64,000 nucleotides of DNA from Candidatus Heimdallarchaeota archaeon (GCA_020353515.1 CP070695.1:2905231-2969230); one strand, 5' to 3'. Positions 19,795 to 29,923 are shown, numbered from the stretch's first letter. Numbers and translations are program-made. The notes: generated by a model not told the origin, from the sequence alone.

Positions 19795-21273
19795 TTACCT
19801 TTTGAGATTTCGGAAATCTTTCTTAATCATTACCATTTTCTTTAAAAAAGAATTATAATTTTCCCGTTTTATTTTATGATGAATTTTTATCAGTGATAAA
19901 GGAAGAAGTCTGCGAAGTAGTTTGAGAAAATACCATGGGTAAGCTCTGCGGAGATTCGTATGAAAAATCCAATCTAGGCTTTTAAAATTGTCATATAGGT
20001 ACTCTGTTAAGATTTCTACCGCGTCTGTAGTTAGGTACGAGGTCTTGATATTGGCTGATAGTGCATCGTAGTTGCTATAGTCATATGGATTAGTAACCAG
20101 CTTTTTTTGAATCAAAATCTCTCGAATCTGGGTGTTTGGGTAAGGAGTCAGAACAAAAAAGACTGGTGCATCAGCTTTTATTTGTTTAGTATAATGGAGA
20201 ACGTTGTAGAAATCTTCGACTTTGTCATCAGGATTTCCGACAATCAATCCTCCCATTGCAATCGCTCCATGACCTCTTATTTGTGACACCACAGCCTCAG
20301 CCTTTTTTGCCATATTTGATACATTTTTACCTATTGTCTGTAGTTTTTCTTGGTGTGGGTTTTCTATTCCTAAGAAAAATGCTTTGAAGTTAGCTTCTAG
20401 GGCTAATTTTAAGAGTTTAGGTTTGCTATATAAGCTGCCAACATGAGCTTGAGTAGTATAGTGGATGTCAGTCAATCCTCTTTTTATAATCCCTTCACAT
20501 AGATTACGAAAATGCCTAGAATTCAAACTGATGTTGTCATCTGCAAAAAAGATTGCTTTAGTTCCTTGTTTTTTACAATTCTCAATATCTGTTAGGATTC
20601 GCTCTATTTTATATGCCCGAAAGCTCCGCCCATACATCTTATTAATAGAACAGAACTTACATTCATATTTACATCCACGAGAGGTTTCAATCACATCTGC
20701 TTTCTTTCCTAGTATATGAAAACCTTTCGTTAATAATCGAACATCACGATTTGGTAGGTTTAATGAGGATAACTCAGTTAAAGGCCTCCAAGCGTTGTGG
20801 ATAAATTCCCCATTTTTTCTGTAAGATAGACCTTTGATATGTTGTAAATCTGTTTCATTGTTTTCAAGAGCGTGAAGTAACTCCTTAAAGGTGTGTTCAC
20901 CTTCTCTTTTAACAATAAAATCAATATCATTCCCCCATGAACGCCCAACTTCTTCAGGTATCATTGAGGCATGATAACCTCCAAGAGCTATCCTGATTTC
21001 AGGGTTGAAGGTTTTGATGAATCTTGCAATAGATCTCGCAGTTTTACTCTGAAAACTCATTGAAGAGAGTCCTACCAAATCTGGAGGATCACATAATAAT
21101 CTTTTTTCAAGAAAACCTCTAACATTTCGCCGTTGAAGTACTAAATCTGCAATACTGAGATGATGTTCTTCCCCAATATTACCTGCTATAGAACAAAGTG
21201 CTAGATTAGGAAGTACAGCAAAATGATGAAAATAAAAGGCAGTATTGGGCATAGCTAATAGCAGAACATGCAT
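19795..21273 (-). CDS. Cobalamin-binding radical SAM protein
   Basis: B12-binding domain (DLVGLSSMS, ALGGYHAS, REGE); SRGCKYECKFC CxxxCxxC; FADDNI; GIEN. Confidence 0.92.
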   Translation of the reverse strand: MHVLLLAMPNTAFYFHHFAVLPNLALCSIAGNIGEEHHLSIADLVLQRRNVRGFLEKRLLCDPPDLVGLSSMSFQSKTARSIARFIKTFNPEIRIALGGYHASMIPEEVGRSWGNDIDFIVKREGEHTFKELLHALENNETDLQHIKGLSYRKNGEFIHNAWRPLTELSSLNLPNRDVRLLTKGFHILGKKADVIETSRGCKYECKFCSINKMYGRSFRAYKIERILTDIENCKKQGTKAIFFADDNISLNSRHFRNLCEGIIKRGLTDIHYTTQAHVGSLYSKPKLLKLALEANFKAFFLGIENPHQEKLQTIGKNVSNMAKKAEAVVSQIRGHGAIAMGGLIVGNPDDKVEDFYNVLHYTKQIKADAPVFFVLTPYPNTQIREILIQKKLVTNPYDYSNYDALSANIKTSYLTTDAVEILTEYLYDNFKSLDWIFHTNLRRAYPWYFLKLLRRLLPLSLIKIHHKIKRENYNSFLKKMVMIKKDFRNLKR

Positions 21274-21432
21274 TCGTCAATCATCTGAGATAATATCTTT
21301 GAATTTAGATTCTTAGAGTGAGTAGAATAATCTTCTTTTATCTGTATTTTTAGAGATTTGGGTTCAATATCCCCAAACAATGCAGACATAATATCGTTTA
21401 AAAGTAAATTTGTCACAATAAAGACGATAAAG

Positions 21433-22002
21433 ATGGATATTTTCGAAGCGATTCAAACTCGCAGATCTGTACGTGATTTTTCCGCTGATAAAATCCCCAA
21501 AGGAGATTTGGAGAAAATTCTCAATATGGGGAGATATGCACCAACTGCAGGGAATATCCAACCATGGAAATTCCTTTTATTGAAGAAGATAAACAGAAAA
21601 GGAAAATTCAAAGAAAAATTAGCTAAAAATATAGCGCGAATTGTAGAAGAATTAGCGATTCCTGACGAGGAAAAAAAATTAAGAAAGAAAAATACCAAAG
21701 AGGCATTAAATAATATTTTTAATGCGGCGCTAATAATACTTCTATTTGTTGATACAAATACTTATCCAGATTTAGTAATATATGATGGCGCACTAGCAGC
21801 ACAAAACATAATGCTTGCAGCCCACGCCTTGGGCTATGGTTCCTCATTTCAGACGTCATTTTTCCCAGAGCGAATTGTAAAAGATTTCTTCAGGATTCCG
21901 GAACACTATAAATTTATCTGTGCCCTACCAATTGGGAAAGTTGGAAAAAAACCAATAATGCCAGAAAAAAAGCCCTTAGAAGAACTTACCTGGAAAGATT
22001 AA
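21433..22002 (+). CDS. Nitroreductase family protein
   Basis: RRSVRDF, APTAGNIQPW and AAQNIMLAAHALGYGS. ATG 21433 preferred over the TTG at 21358. Confidence 0.92.
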   Translation: MDIFEAIQTRRSVRDFSADKIPKGDLEKILNMGRYAPTAGNIQPWKFLLLKKINRKGKFKEKLAKNIARIVEELAIPDEEKKLRKKNTKEALNNIFNAALIILLFVDTNTYPDLVIYDGALAAQNIMLAAHALGYGSSFQTSFFPERIVKDFFRIPEHYKFICALPIGKVGKKPIMPEKKPLEELTWKD

Positions 22003-22056
22003 GCTCTGCATTTTCGCTAAAAAGTTTAAATACTCCAAAAAATAATTCGTTGAATT

Positions 22057-22440
22057 GTGATTATTATGGCTGATTTAAAAGGTATTGGACGAATTTTAGG
22101 AGTTCTTGGGGGATTAATAATGGTAATTTTCGCTATCGTTATTGTCATTTCGAATATTGCCGCTGAACTCGTGGAAACAATGGCTGACTTGGTAGATTTA
22201 ACTACTATCAATCTTGCTGGGCAAGCTTTAGGTACTGGAGCTTGGATTATTTCTGCAGCAATCACAGTGGTCTGTGGTTGCATTGCAATTTTTGGATACC
22301 AAAAATTATCATCTAGAGATAAAAGTGATTTAATTCTTTGGGGAATCATCTACATAGTTATTGGTCTAGTTGGTGGTACACTAGGCGGATTAATTGTACT
22401 AATTGGTGGAATAATTCTTGTTATTGATTATTTCATCTAG
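22057..22440 (+). CDS. Small Gly-rich membrane protein
   Basis: Three to four hydrophobic helices with GG motifs. Confidence 0.7.
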   Translation: MIIMADLKGIGRILGVLGGLIMVIFAIVIVISNIAAELVETMADLVDLTTINLAGQALGTGAWIISAAITVVCGCIAIFGYQKLSSRDKSDLILWGIIYIVIGLVGGTLGGLIVLIGGIILVIDYFI

Positions 22441-22498
22441 AGAATTTTCATTCTCCCTTCCCTTTTTTATCATTAAATAAAACTTTACAGATAAAGCA

Positions 22499-22807
22499 CT
22501 ATTTTTCAATTTGTCTTTGCATGTGTTCTTTGTCTTTTAGGTTTATATACCCCCAGATAATAAACAAGGTGCCTCCGATTACTGTACTGATGATGAACAA
22601 TGGATTTTTAGTAACAAACCAAAATGCTAGAGAGACAAAAAATATCATTAAGGTTATAGAAATCCCTAACACAATACCAATTACCCATAATATACCTGTA
22701 AAGGTGATAGGTATGAAACTACCATTTTCTTTGAGCTCTTGAACTTCCTCAGAAGATTCAGGAGAACTTTTAGAGTTTAATTGAGTTCTCATATTAATAT
22801 GATCCAA
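22499..22807 (-). CDS. Small 2-TM membrane protein
   Basis: Two hydrophobic helices with charged termini. Confidence 0.55.
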   Translation of the reverse strand: MDHINMRTQLNSKSSPESSEEVQELKENGSFIPITFTGILWVIGIVLGISITLMIFFVSLAFWFVTKNPLFIISTVIGGTLFIIWGYINLKDKEHMQRQIEK

Positions 22808-22962
22808 TAGATTTCTCTGAAAATTTTTAAAAGCCCTTCAATATCTTTGATAGTATTTTGTAACAGTTTTTGATCTTTGAATGCGAGATTTGAACAGGAA
22901 TATTTTCATATCAGGTAGAAATATAATAATCTACTCCATTTCTACTAATGATGGATGGTTGA

Positions 22963-23637
22963 ATGAAGATCAAAGGTTTGTTAATTGATTTCGATGGAGT
23001 ACTAATAGATTCAACACGAGCTTACATGAAAGCGACTAATAATGCCCTGAAGCGCTTTAACTATTTTAACGTACCCAAAGATGAAGTAAGAGAGATTTCA
23101 TTGGAGATTGCTAGAAGGTTAGACCTAGGAGTTTCAAGAGATAAATTACTAGACGGTATAATTTCAATTTCGGGGAAGGATAATTCATCTTTTATGGATG
23201 TGTGGCTACAAACTTGGAATGAAGCCTGTCTATGGGAAGTTGAGCTCATACCAGATGTAAATAAACTCTTGAATGATCTTTCTAAGAGCTTCCCACTTGC
23301 TCTTGTTACTCTTCGATACATAAAGAGACCAGATATTGAAGATCAGTTGAGAAGATTGAAAATAAACAGATATTTTCAAACAATTATAACAGCTTTAGAT
23401 GTTAAGAGGCCTAAACCAAATCCAGATTCCTTTCTTGAAGGAGCAAAGAGATTAAATGTTTCAATAAATGATTGTGCTGTTGTTGGGGACTCTATTCTTG
23501 ATATTAAGGCTGGAAAGGCAAGTGGAGCGAAAACTGTTGCAGTTCTCTCTGGAATATTTGATGAAAGCGCATTAAAAAAAGAAAATCCTGATCTAATCAT
23601 CAAGAACATCTTAGAACTGTCAATTTATCTAGAGTAA
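22963..23637 (+). CDS. HAD-superfamily phosphatase (PGPase-like)
   Basis: Motifs DFDGVLID, LVT, KPNP and VGDSILD. Confidence 0.92.
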   Translation: MKIKGLLIDFDGVLIDSTRAYMKATNNALKRFNYFNVPKDEVREISLEIARRLDLGVSRDKLLDGIISISGKDNSSFMDVWLQTWNEACLWEVELIPDVNKLLNDLSKSFPLALVTLRYIKRPDIEDQLRRLKINRYFQTIITALDVKRPKPNPDSFLEGAKRLNVSINDCAVVGDSILDIKAGKASGAKTVAVLSGIFDESALKKENPDLIIKNILELSIYLE

Positions 23638-23824
23638 TTCTTACTCTTTGATTTTTTCACTTTTTCGATGATGATTCGGAAATTAATAAAATTTCACCAA
23701 TGATAAGAGGATTAAAACTTTAGGATCATTTTTAAATTATTAAACTCTAAAAAATCGAAAATAGAACGTGTAACATTTTTATCAATAGTAAAATTCTCGT
23801 TCAGACTGTTGTAGGAGACAAAAT

Positions 23825-24169
23825 ATGACCGAAGATCAGTACAGAAAGATTATCACGGATGAAGTACAGAAAAAAATTATTGATGAATTCGCAACAATAA
23901 TATCCGAAAAAATAACCCTCAAAAAGATGGTCATCAAAGGTTTTTTATGGCAAGCATTGAGAAAGTGGCAAGAAACTCATGAAATGACTATTCTAGAAAC
24001 TGAAAAAGGGGGAGGAAGTAGTCCTGAAGAAAGAATTAAGCAAGCTTCTGAAATTCTTGATATTTGTTTTAATGAAATGCGATATTCAGTTAAAAGTGAA
24101 GTTGAAGCTCTTAAAACTGGTATTGACGAAGCAATACAACATTACACCAGAAATTATGCTGAAAGATAG
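23825..24169 (+). CDS. Hypothetical helical protein
   Basis: ATG preceded by a GGAG SD; 114 aa; no family recognised. Confidence 0.7.
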   Translation: MTEDQYRKIITDEVQKKIIDEFATIISEKITLKKMVIKGFLWQALRKWQETHEMTILETEKGGGSSPEERIKQASEILDICFNEMRYSVKSEVEALKTGIDEAIQHYTRNYAER

Positions 24170-24212
24170 TCCTTTTTAGAACAGAGGAAAATGAAAGCAG
24201 ATATTTCTAAAT

Positions 24213-24941
24213 ATGAAGACCGAGGTGTTACTAATTTCTTCAGATGAGCAAATATTTTCTCTTTTTCTTGATGATGGTGGAGTGATGAATGATAATTTTA
24301 GAAGAGGAGAACAGTGGAAGAGTCTCATTGCAGAATATTTTGTACCACGGTATGGTGGGCTTCCCGATAAGTGGAAAGAGGCAAATCATCGTGTTGTCGA
24401 ATTACTTGTGAAGAAAGTTGGAAATGTAATTGATCACAGTATCAATCAAGATTATGAAAAATTTCAAGCTTACGAAGACGAGTTGTGGATCAATTTTATG
24501 TTTGATTCGGTGGGTATTGAACGACCGCTAAAACATGATTATTATAGAATATGCCGGGAAGTGGAACAATGGATAATCCCTCAGATTCAGGCAGATATAG
24601 AATGTATTGTAGAAGTCATTAAAAAATTAAAATCTGAAGGTTTCACTCTTTATACGGCTTCAGGAATCGTAGATTGTTTCACTAATTTATATGGACCAGA
24701 TCTCATTGGTGTAATGAAAGGAGGTTTAGAATTTTATAGAAGAATCTTTACTCACACTCAAGTCAATCCACTGCATGCTATTGTCATTGATGACAATCTG
24801 AAGGTTTTACAATTAGCTGGTCAACTAGGAGCCCACACTATTCAATCATGTGTGCTAAAGGAGTCAACACCGAAAAATAAGTATTATTATAATGATCCTG
24901 CTGAATTACCTGAAATAACCAAGAGCATTTTTTCTATTTAG
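24213..24941 (+). CDS. HAD-like hydrolase, possibly with an internal in-frame deletion
   Basis: Motif I FLDDGGVMND, motif II YTASG, motif III K, motif IV VIDD. Confidence 0.75.
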   Translation: MKTEVLLISSDEQIFSLFLDDGGVMNDNFRRGEQWKSLIAEYFVPRYGGLPDKWKEANHRVVELLVKKVGNVIDHSINQDYEKFQAYEDELWINFMFDSVGIERPLKHDYYRICREVEQWIIPQIQADIECIVEVIKKLKSEGFTLYTASGIVDCFTNLYGPDLIGVMKGGLEFYRRIFTHTQVNPLHAIVIDDNLKVLQLAGQLGAHTIQSCVLKESTPKNKYYYNDPAELPEITKSIFSI

Positions 24942-25024
24942 AGAATGATAGGTTTCAAATTGTTTTCACTAAGCTTTTGCCTTAAAGGAGTCTTTTTAAT
25001 ATATGAACAAAAAAATGATCTCAA

Positions 25025-25945
25025 GTGATTCAAAAAGTGTTTGATTCGATAGTCCCAAAAGTTTCACCATTAATTGTTGGAAGAACAAAGGAACTAGAGT
25101 TGATTGTTGCTGCTTTAGAAGCACGCAAACACATTTTACTAGAAGGGGCACCGGGAACTTCAAAATCCACCATTTTAAGACTCATTTCTGAAAACTCTGA
25201 ATTACCAATGTATATCATGGAAGGTAATGCGGATTTGACCCCTTCCAAGTTGATTGGTCAGTTTGATCCATCTTTGGTAATAGAGGCAGGTTATAAGCCA
25301 GAATTTTTTAGGAAAGGACCATTATTCTTGGCAATGGAAAAGGGAGGATTGTTGTACATTGATGAATTCAATCGAATGGCTTCTGATGCTAGTAATACAT
25401 TGATTAGAGCAATTGAAGAGAACGAATTAGTTATTCCACGTTGGGGATTATTGAAAGCTAAAGAGAGTTTCCGAGTGATATTAGCCCAAAATCCTTTTGA
25501 TGAGGTGGGTGTTGGAAAAATCTCACGAGCTTTATTTGATAGATTGATACGTATTAGTATGGATTATCAAGACGAACTAGAAGAACAAGAAATTGTCCTG
25601 AACGAATTGGGTGAGAACGAGAGTGTTGATCTTATAAAACTAGCAGTTCGTCTTACAAGAGCAACCAGAACACACCTAGAAATTAAGCAGGGTGCTTCTG
25701 TCAGGGGAGCAATTGATTTTGTATCTATGGCTTCTACTCTCATTCAATTAAGTCAACATAGATCAGCTTTTGAAATCCTGCGCGACAGCGCGTTTGCTGC
25801 TCTTTCAGGTAAGATTTGGCTCGATCCAGCAAGTGAACGAACTGCAGAGGAGATAATTGAGGAGCTACTACTTCAGATTATTCGGTCGTCAAATCTTACG
25901 CTCGAGATAGATTGGGAGAGCCTAGAAAACAGAAAAAAAAAATAG
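25025..25945 (+). CDS. MoxR-family AAA+ ATPase
   Basis: Walker A GAPGTSKS, Walker B LYIDEFNR, AQNP, ALFDR, sensor II SVRG. Ends in RKKK-stop on an A10 run. Confidence 0.93.
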   Translation: MIQKVFDSIVPKVSPLIVGRTKELELIVAALEARKHILLEGAPGTSKSTILRLISENSELPMYIMEGNADLTPSKLIGQFDPSLVIEAGYKPEFFRKGPLFLAMEKGGLLYIDEFNRMASDASNTLIRAIEENELVIPRWGLLKAKESFRVILAQNPFDEVGVGKISRALFDRLIRISMDYQDELEEQEIVLNELGENESVDLIKLAVRLTRATRTHLEIKQGASVRGAIDFVSMASTLIQLSQHRSAFEILRDSAFAALSGKIWLDPASERTAEEIIEELLLQIIRSSNLTLEIDWESLENRKKK

Positions 25946-26817
25946 GAGAAATTCATCTCTTCTCTAATTTAGATGAAAATACTGAGGGGATAGATGAGGA
26001 GAGTATTTCCTCACCAGAAAGAATTATTGCAGAAGTAGAGGCTGAAATTGACAAGATCGAATTGGTGGGGTCTGTTTTGCTTGAGCTCCAAGCAGAAACA
26101 AAACAAAAAGTCATTGATTGGGCAACCCAACTTATCATTAATACCACTTCTGAACAAGTAGGAAGACAATGGAAAAAACCGAAGTACATTTCTAAAAAAT
26201 TAAAGAAAGAAAATTATCTTGATTTAGATATTGATAAAACTATTGAAAACATTGTAGATAATCCTATTGACAAAATTAATGCAATTCAAGTCTTACATCG
26301 AGAAAAGAAGGGACACTCTGTTCTTCTCATTATTGATTCAAGTTATTCAATGTCAGGAAAAAAGCTTGTGATGGCAGCAGCCGCAGCAGCTACCATAGCT
26401 CATTTGTTTGACTCTACGGATATAGGAATTGTGCATTTTGGAACAAAAGGGACAATTCTAAAACATTTTGACGCTGAAGAGTCGATTCAAAGCACCGTAG
26501 AAAAAATCTTTAATCTTATTCCAAGAGGACTAACCAACATCTATCAAGGATTAAAAGTGGGTGTTGAAGAACTCGGACAGAGAAAACAATCCTCTTATAC
26601 AGCGATTTTACTCAGTGATTGTGATGTCAATACTGGTAAAATTCCCTCTGTAATTGCATGGAAGCTCCAAGGATTGAAAATCATCACTTTCCCACCTGTT
26701 AACGAGTTTGTTGCTGATATTTTACAAAAAGAAACGAGAGGAGAGATATTTCATACAGCTTATGTTAAAGATATTCCGAAAATTTTACGTAAAATTTTCG
26801 TTGAAACCATAGTATGA
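25912..26817 (+). CDS. vWA domain protein, probably reached by -1 frameshift from the MoxR gene
   Basis: MIDAS DSSYS...GLTN...LLSD; LDIDKTIE pre-vWA motif. No in-frame ATG before the MIDAS. Overlaps MoxR in the -1 frame. Confidence 0.88.
   Translation: MGEPRKQKKKIGEIHLFSNLDENTEGIDEESISSPERIIAEVEAEIDKIELVGSVLLELQAETKQKVIDWATQLIINTTSEQVGRQWKKPKYISKKLKKENYLDLDIDKTIENIVDNPIDKINAIQVLHREKKGHSVLLIIDSSYSMSGKKLVMAAAAAATIAHLFDSTDIGIVHFGTKGTILKHFDAEESIQSTVEKIFNLIPRGLTNIYQGLKVGVEELGQRKQSSYTAILLSDCDVNTGKIPSVIAWKLQGLKIITFPPVNEFVADILQKETRGEIFHTAYVKDIPKILRKIFVETIV
25914..25977 (+). other. Putative -1 programmed frameshift / slippage signal
   Basis: GGGAG at 25914-18; A10 at 25933-42 directly before the TAG; stem 1 GAGAA 25946-50 / TTCTC 25960-64; stem 2 TTCATCT 25952-58 / AGATGAA 25971-77 (pseudoknot topology). 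Confidence 0.65.
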
Positions 26818-26870
26818 ATTTTATAAAATATGAGTTCAGTCTTATGATGGATAAACGTTAAGAATATAAA

Positions 26871-27197
26871 TTAGGGAACAGTAGTTTTTACATCTTTAGG
26901 TGATAACTTTCTCCGAGTGATTTTAAGAACAACTCCAGCAGAGGTAGGATCAGGGCAACGGACAAATTCCGTAGTGACTCCCTTGGAATCAATCACTTTC
27001 TTATATGGGGTTCCCCCATATGTCCAGGGGAGTTTTCCATCATACTCTAAGACTCGAATCATTGTATTTGCACTATCTAAAAGCCATGAGCAAAGTTTAG
27101 CCTTGTCATCAGGGTACCAAAGCGTCTCCCCAGTCTTATGATAAGGACAACCACTCTCATGAATCTCTAACTCAAAAGAATATTTTCTTCTTGCCAT
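26871..27197 (-). CDS. TIGR04076-like small Cys protein
   Basis: Pattern CPYHKTGE...LCSW...CPDP...VVLKITR. Confidence 0.6.
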   Translation of the reverse strand: MARRKYSFELEIHESGCPYHKTGETLWYPDDKAKLCSWLLDSANTMIRVLEYDGKLPWTYGGTPYKKVIDSKGVTTEFVRCPDPTSAGVVLKITRRKLSPKDVKTTVP

Positions 27198-27328
27198 TTC
27201 AGGTTCACCTATATGATAAAAATCTTTTTTTGTGATTTTATAATCATGTCTTTTCTGGCAATATCTGTGAACATAGGAGTAATCCCAATTGATCTAAGAA
27301 GCTTTACTTCACTTGGACACGGAAAAAA

Positions 27329-28930
27329 CTAATTTGTTCTTCTTTTTAGAAATAGAGAGCAAAATAAAACCAAAAGAATAGTCAAAAAACCTAATGCTGA
27401 TGTCATACCTGAGGTAATTTCAGTTGAATCGAAGGTTGAAGTGGAACTAATTAACGGAGTGGCTTCTCTTGTGGTGTTCGAAATGGCAGATGTTGGGATA
27501 GTAGGAGTGATGCTAGTAACTGGAGTCGTTGTAGGTGTTGGAAGTTCAGATTCATATAAACCATGGGCATAGTAAATATCTAACCATCCCCACCGATCCG
27601 TACCAGTTGCTTCGGTCCATACTACATGTGGCCTCTCTTCAGAATCAAGCTTGATAGAAAAATATTCCCCTGGTCGACGGAAATAGCTGTCTGTATATTT
27701 TCCCGAGATGGGTATGGGATCATGAAAAATAGGGGCCGCAGTCAGATTGTCACCAAATTCAATCATCCGATAATATGGTCGAAACTCAGTTGACGTTTCA
27801 TACATATCATAATACACAATATGACAACGGCCGAAGGAATCGATAGTCATTTCAGGATGCCATTGATCCCAATTATCGCGAGGATTCACCCGATACCGAG
27901 GGCTCCAGTTTTGTCCGTAATCGTCGGAATATTTGATGAAGACATCCCAGTAAGCGATGGAATCTGTATCATATTTACCAGCCCAAAGAGCGTATAATCG
28001 ATCATGGGTATCAAAGTGGATAACTGGGAACGTTCCCCGTCCTGCAATTCTACCTGAAGCTAAACAATTCTCACTGTCTAGATTGATGTCAATTGGCTCA
28101 GAGAAGGTCTCTCCCATATCCATGGAATAAGCAAGATACACATCACCCCAAGTAAGATATCCTTCAGTATCATTAGCAGTATATTGCATCCAGGCAACAT
28201 AAACATACCCATGACTATCTGTGATAACATAAGGCGCAAATGGGGCGATTGGACGAGTGATTGAGTCCGTAATCACACTTATTTCCTCAAAAGTCTCCCC
28301 ACAATCAGTGGAACGAGTTAAACGGACATAGGTGTCAATATTAGGAGAGGAAAGATCAACATCATCATAGACTACGTACACTGTACCGTCTTTACTGACG
28401 GTCATGGTTTCTTTGTCTGCAAAACCAGTCCCATTGGTTGCGGGTACAATATTCCAGGTTTTTCCATAATCAATACTTTTAGCTACTGTGATTTGAGAAA
28501 ATCCGGTAAGATTAATGAAATAATCGTCTTCATATTCAAGGTATGAGTAGTATAATGTCTCATGCTCTTCATCCCAAGCCAACCATGGATCACTCTGCCC
28601 CGCTTTCCATTCCAATCCTGGAGGAAACGGCATTAAGAATGGTTCCGACCATATAGTGCCATTATTCACGGATCGGGTAAAACTCACACGTTTCCCAATA
28701 CCGCTTTGTGTGGCTGCATCTTTCCATCCTGCAAACATGGTTCCATTGGCTGTAATTGCAAGTGTAGGTTCTACGTGGTGACTGTATGGCCAGTAGGATA
28801 GTTTTTCAGACAGCAAAATACTTTCAGAAAAAGCAACACTATTAAAAGGCTCAGGAACCTGTGTGGAAAAAGGAATAAAAGTAAAAGAAACAAAGAGGAT
28901 GACAAAAAGGAAAATATTTAATTTTCTCAC
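27329..28930 (-). CDS. BNR/Asp-box beta-propeller (sialidase-like) surface protein
   Basis: Signal peptide; Asp-boxes SVNNGTIW, SIDYGKTW, STDCGETF, SMDMGETF and SDDYGQNW; S/T-rich stalk; C-terminal TM helix followed by KRR. Confidence 0.85.
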   Translation of the reverse strand: MRKLNIFLFVILFVSFTFIPFSTQVPEPFNSVAFSESILLSEKLSYWPYSHHVEPTLAITANGTMFAGWKDAATQSGIGKRVSFTRSVNNGTIWSEPFLMPFPPGLEWKAGQSDPWLAWDEEHETLYYSYLEYEDDYFINLTGFSQITVAKSIDYGKTWNIVPATNGTGFADKETMTVSKDGTVYVVYDDVDLSSPNIDTYVRLTRSTDCGETFEEISVITDSITRPIAPFAPYVITDSHGYVYVAWMQYTANDTEGYLTWGDVYLAYSMDMGETFSEPIDINLDSENCLASGRIAGRGTFPVIHFDTHDRLYALWAGKYDTDSIAYWDVFIKYSDDYGQNWSPRYRVNPRDNWDQWHPEMTIDSFGRCHIVYYDMYETSTEFRPYYRMIEFGDNLTAAPIFHDPIPISGKYTDSYFRRPGEYFSIKLDSEERPHVVWTEATGTDRWGWLDIYYAHGLYESELPTPTTTPVTSITPTIPTSAISNTTREATPLISSTSTFDSTEITSGMTSALGFLTILLVLFCSLFLKRRTN

Positions 28931-29086
28931 ATGACCATCTCAGAAACTAGTAGATTTAAAGATATAATCCAGTTTAAAAGGTATTTGAACCTTTCGATGT
29001 TTCTTCAATGAAGTTTTTTTGTACTAATTAATAGCATATCTGATTAAAAATCTCAAAAAATTGTCGTGGTCCCGCACTACATAATA

Positions 29087-29923
29087 TCAATGAAAACGTG
29101 AAACGATGTCATTCCGAAATTTTCGAATATTTTGAATCAGAATCTCTGAATTGTGAGTTGTAACGATGAACTTGAACTGCATTCGATAATCAAGGTCATA
29201 GAGGAAGAATTCAGGTTTATATCCAAATAATCCTGCATAAATATCACAAACTTCTTGGATCTTTTGTTTAGTGGTTTTTAAATCACCTATGGGAGCTCCC
29301 CAAATAAATGTGTATCTTACAACTTCTTCTTCAATTAAATCAAGAGCTAATGTTTTTAGGACTCCTATCCGTGTTTGTTTATGTAGATTTTGAGCTTCCC
29401 GTCTACCAATTCGACGCTCTACTTCTTGTTTGTAGATTACCATATTTGTTGTCAAAAACTTCTGATTAGGAATATAATGATAAATATCATTAATGGTCCG
29501 AATTTTTGTATAATTCAAAGAGATTTCAACAACTTGACCTCGGATCTCTGTTCCTAAAGACACAAAGTCGTCCACACCGAATGGATTGGTGAAGATAAGG
29601 TATAGTCCAGCAATGAAATTACTTAAGGTTTGAACAGATCCAAACGAAATAATTGCCCCAAGAAACGCTGACACTCCAATGATTTCCATCATGGATAGAT
29701 CGAAAAGAAACATGATAAGATAGAGAATTACTCCAGCTGCCCCCACATTTAACATTACTTTAAGTGTATTAAGGATATCTAAGGGAATTATTTCAGCTTT
29801 ACGTATAGGTCTTGAAATAAAGAGTTGTAATACCCAACGAATAATTAAGATAACAATAACAGCTAGAATTAGGAATAGTAATCGAAATTCCAATTGAAAT
29901 GGAGATATCTCCTCTAAAATCAA
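29087..29923 (-). CDS. MscS-family mechanosensitive channel
   Basis: Three TM helices; SNFIAGLYLIFTNPFGVDD; GQVVEISLNYTKI; IPN. Confidence 0.9.
   Translation of the reverse strand: MILEEISPFQLEFRLLFLILAVIVILIIRWVLQLFISRPIRKAEIIPLDILNTLKVMLNVGAAGVILYLIMFLFDLSMMEIIGVSAFLGAIISFGSVQTLSNFIAGLYLIFTNPFGVDDFVSLGTEIRGQVVEISLNYTKIRTINDIYHYIPNQKFLTTNMVIYKQEVERRIGRREAQNLHKQTRIGVLKTLALDLIEEEVVRYTFIWGAPIGDLKTTKQKIQEVCDIYAGLFGYKPEFFLYDLDYRMQFKFIVTTHNSEILIQNIRKFRNDIVSRFH

Noticed and set aside
19795-22002. Radical SAM plus nitroreductase as a RiPP cluster
   Set aside because: Divergent orientation; no precursor peptide, RRE, YcaO or exporter adjacent.
22026-22349. Antisense ORFs of 60-140 aa here and throughout (e.g. 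2017-2430, 50807-51166, 60107-60442)
   Set aside because: They lie opposite well-supported genes and carry no motifs.
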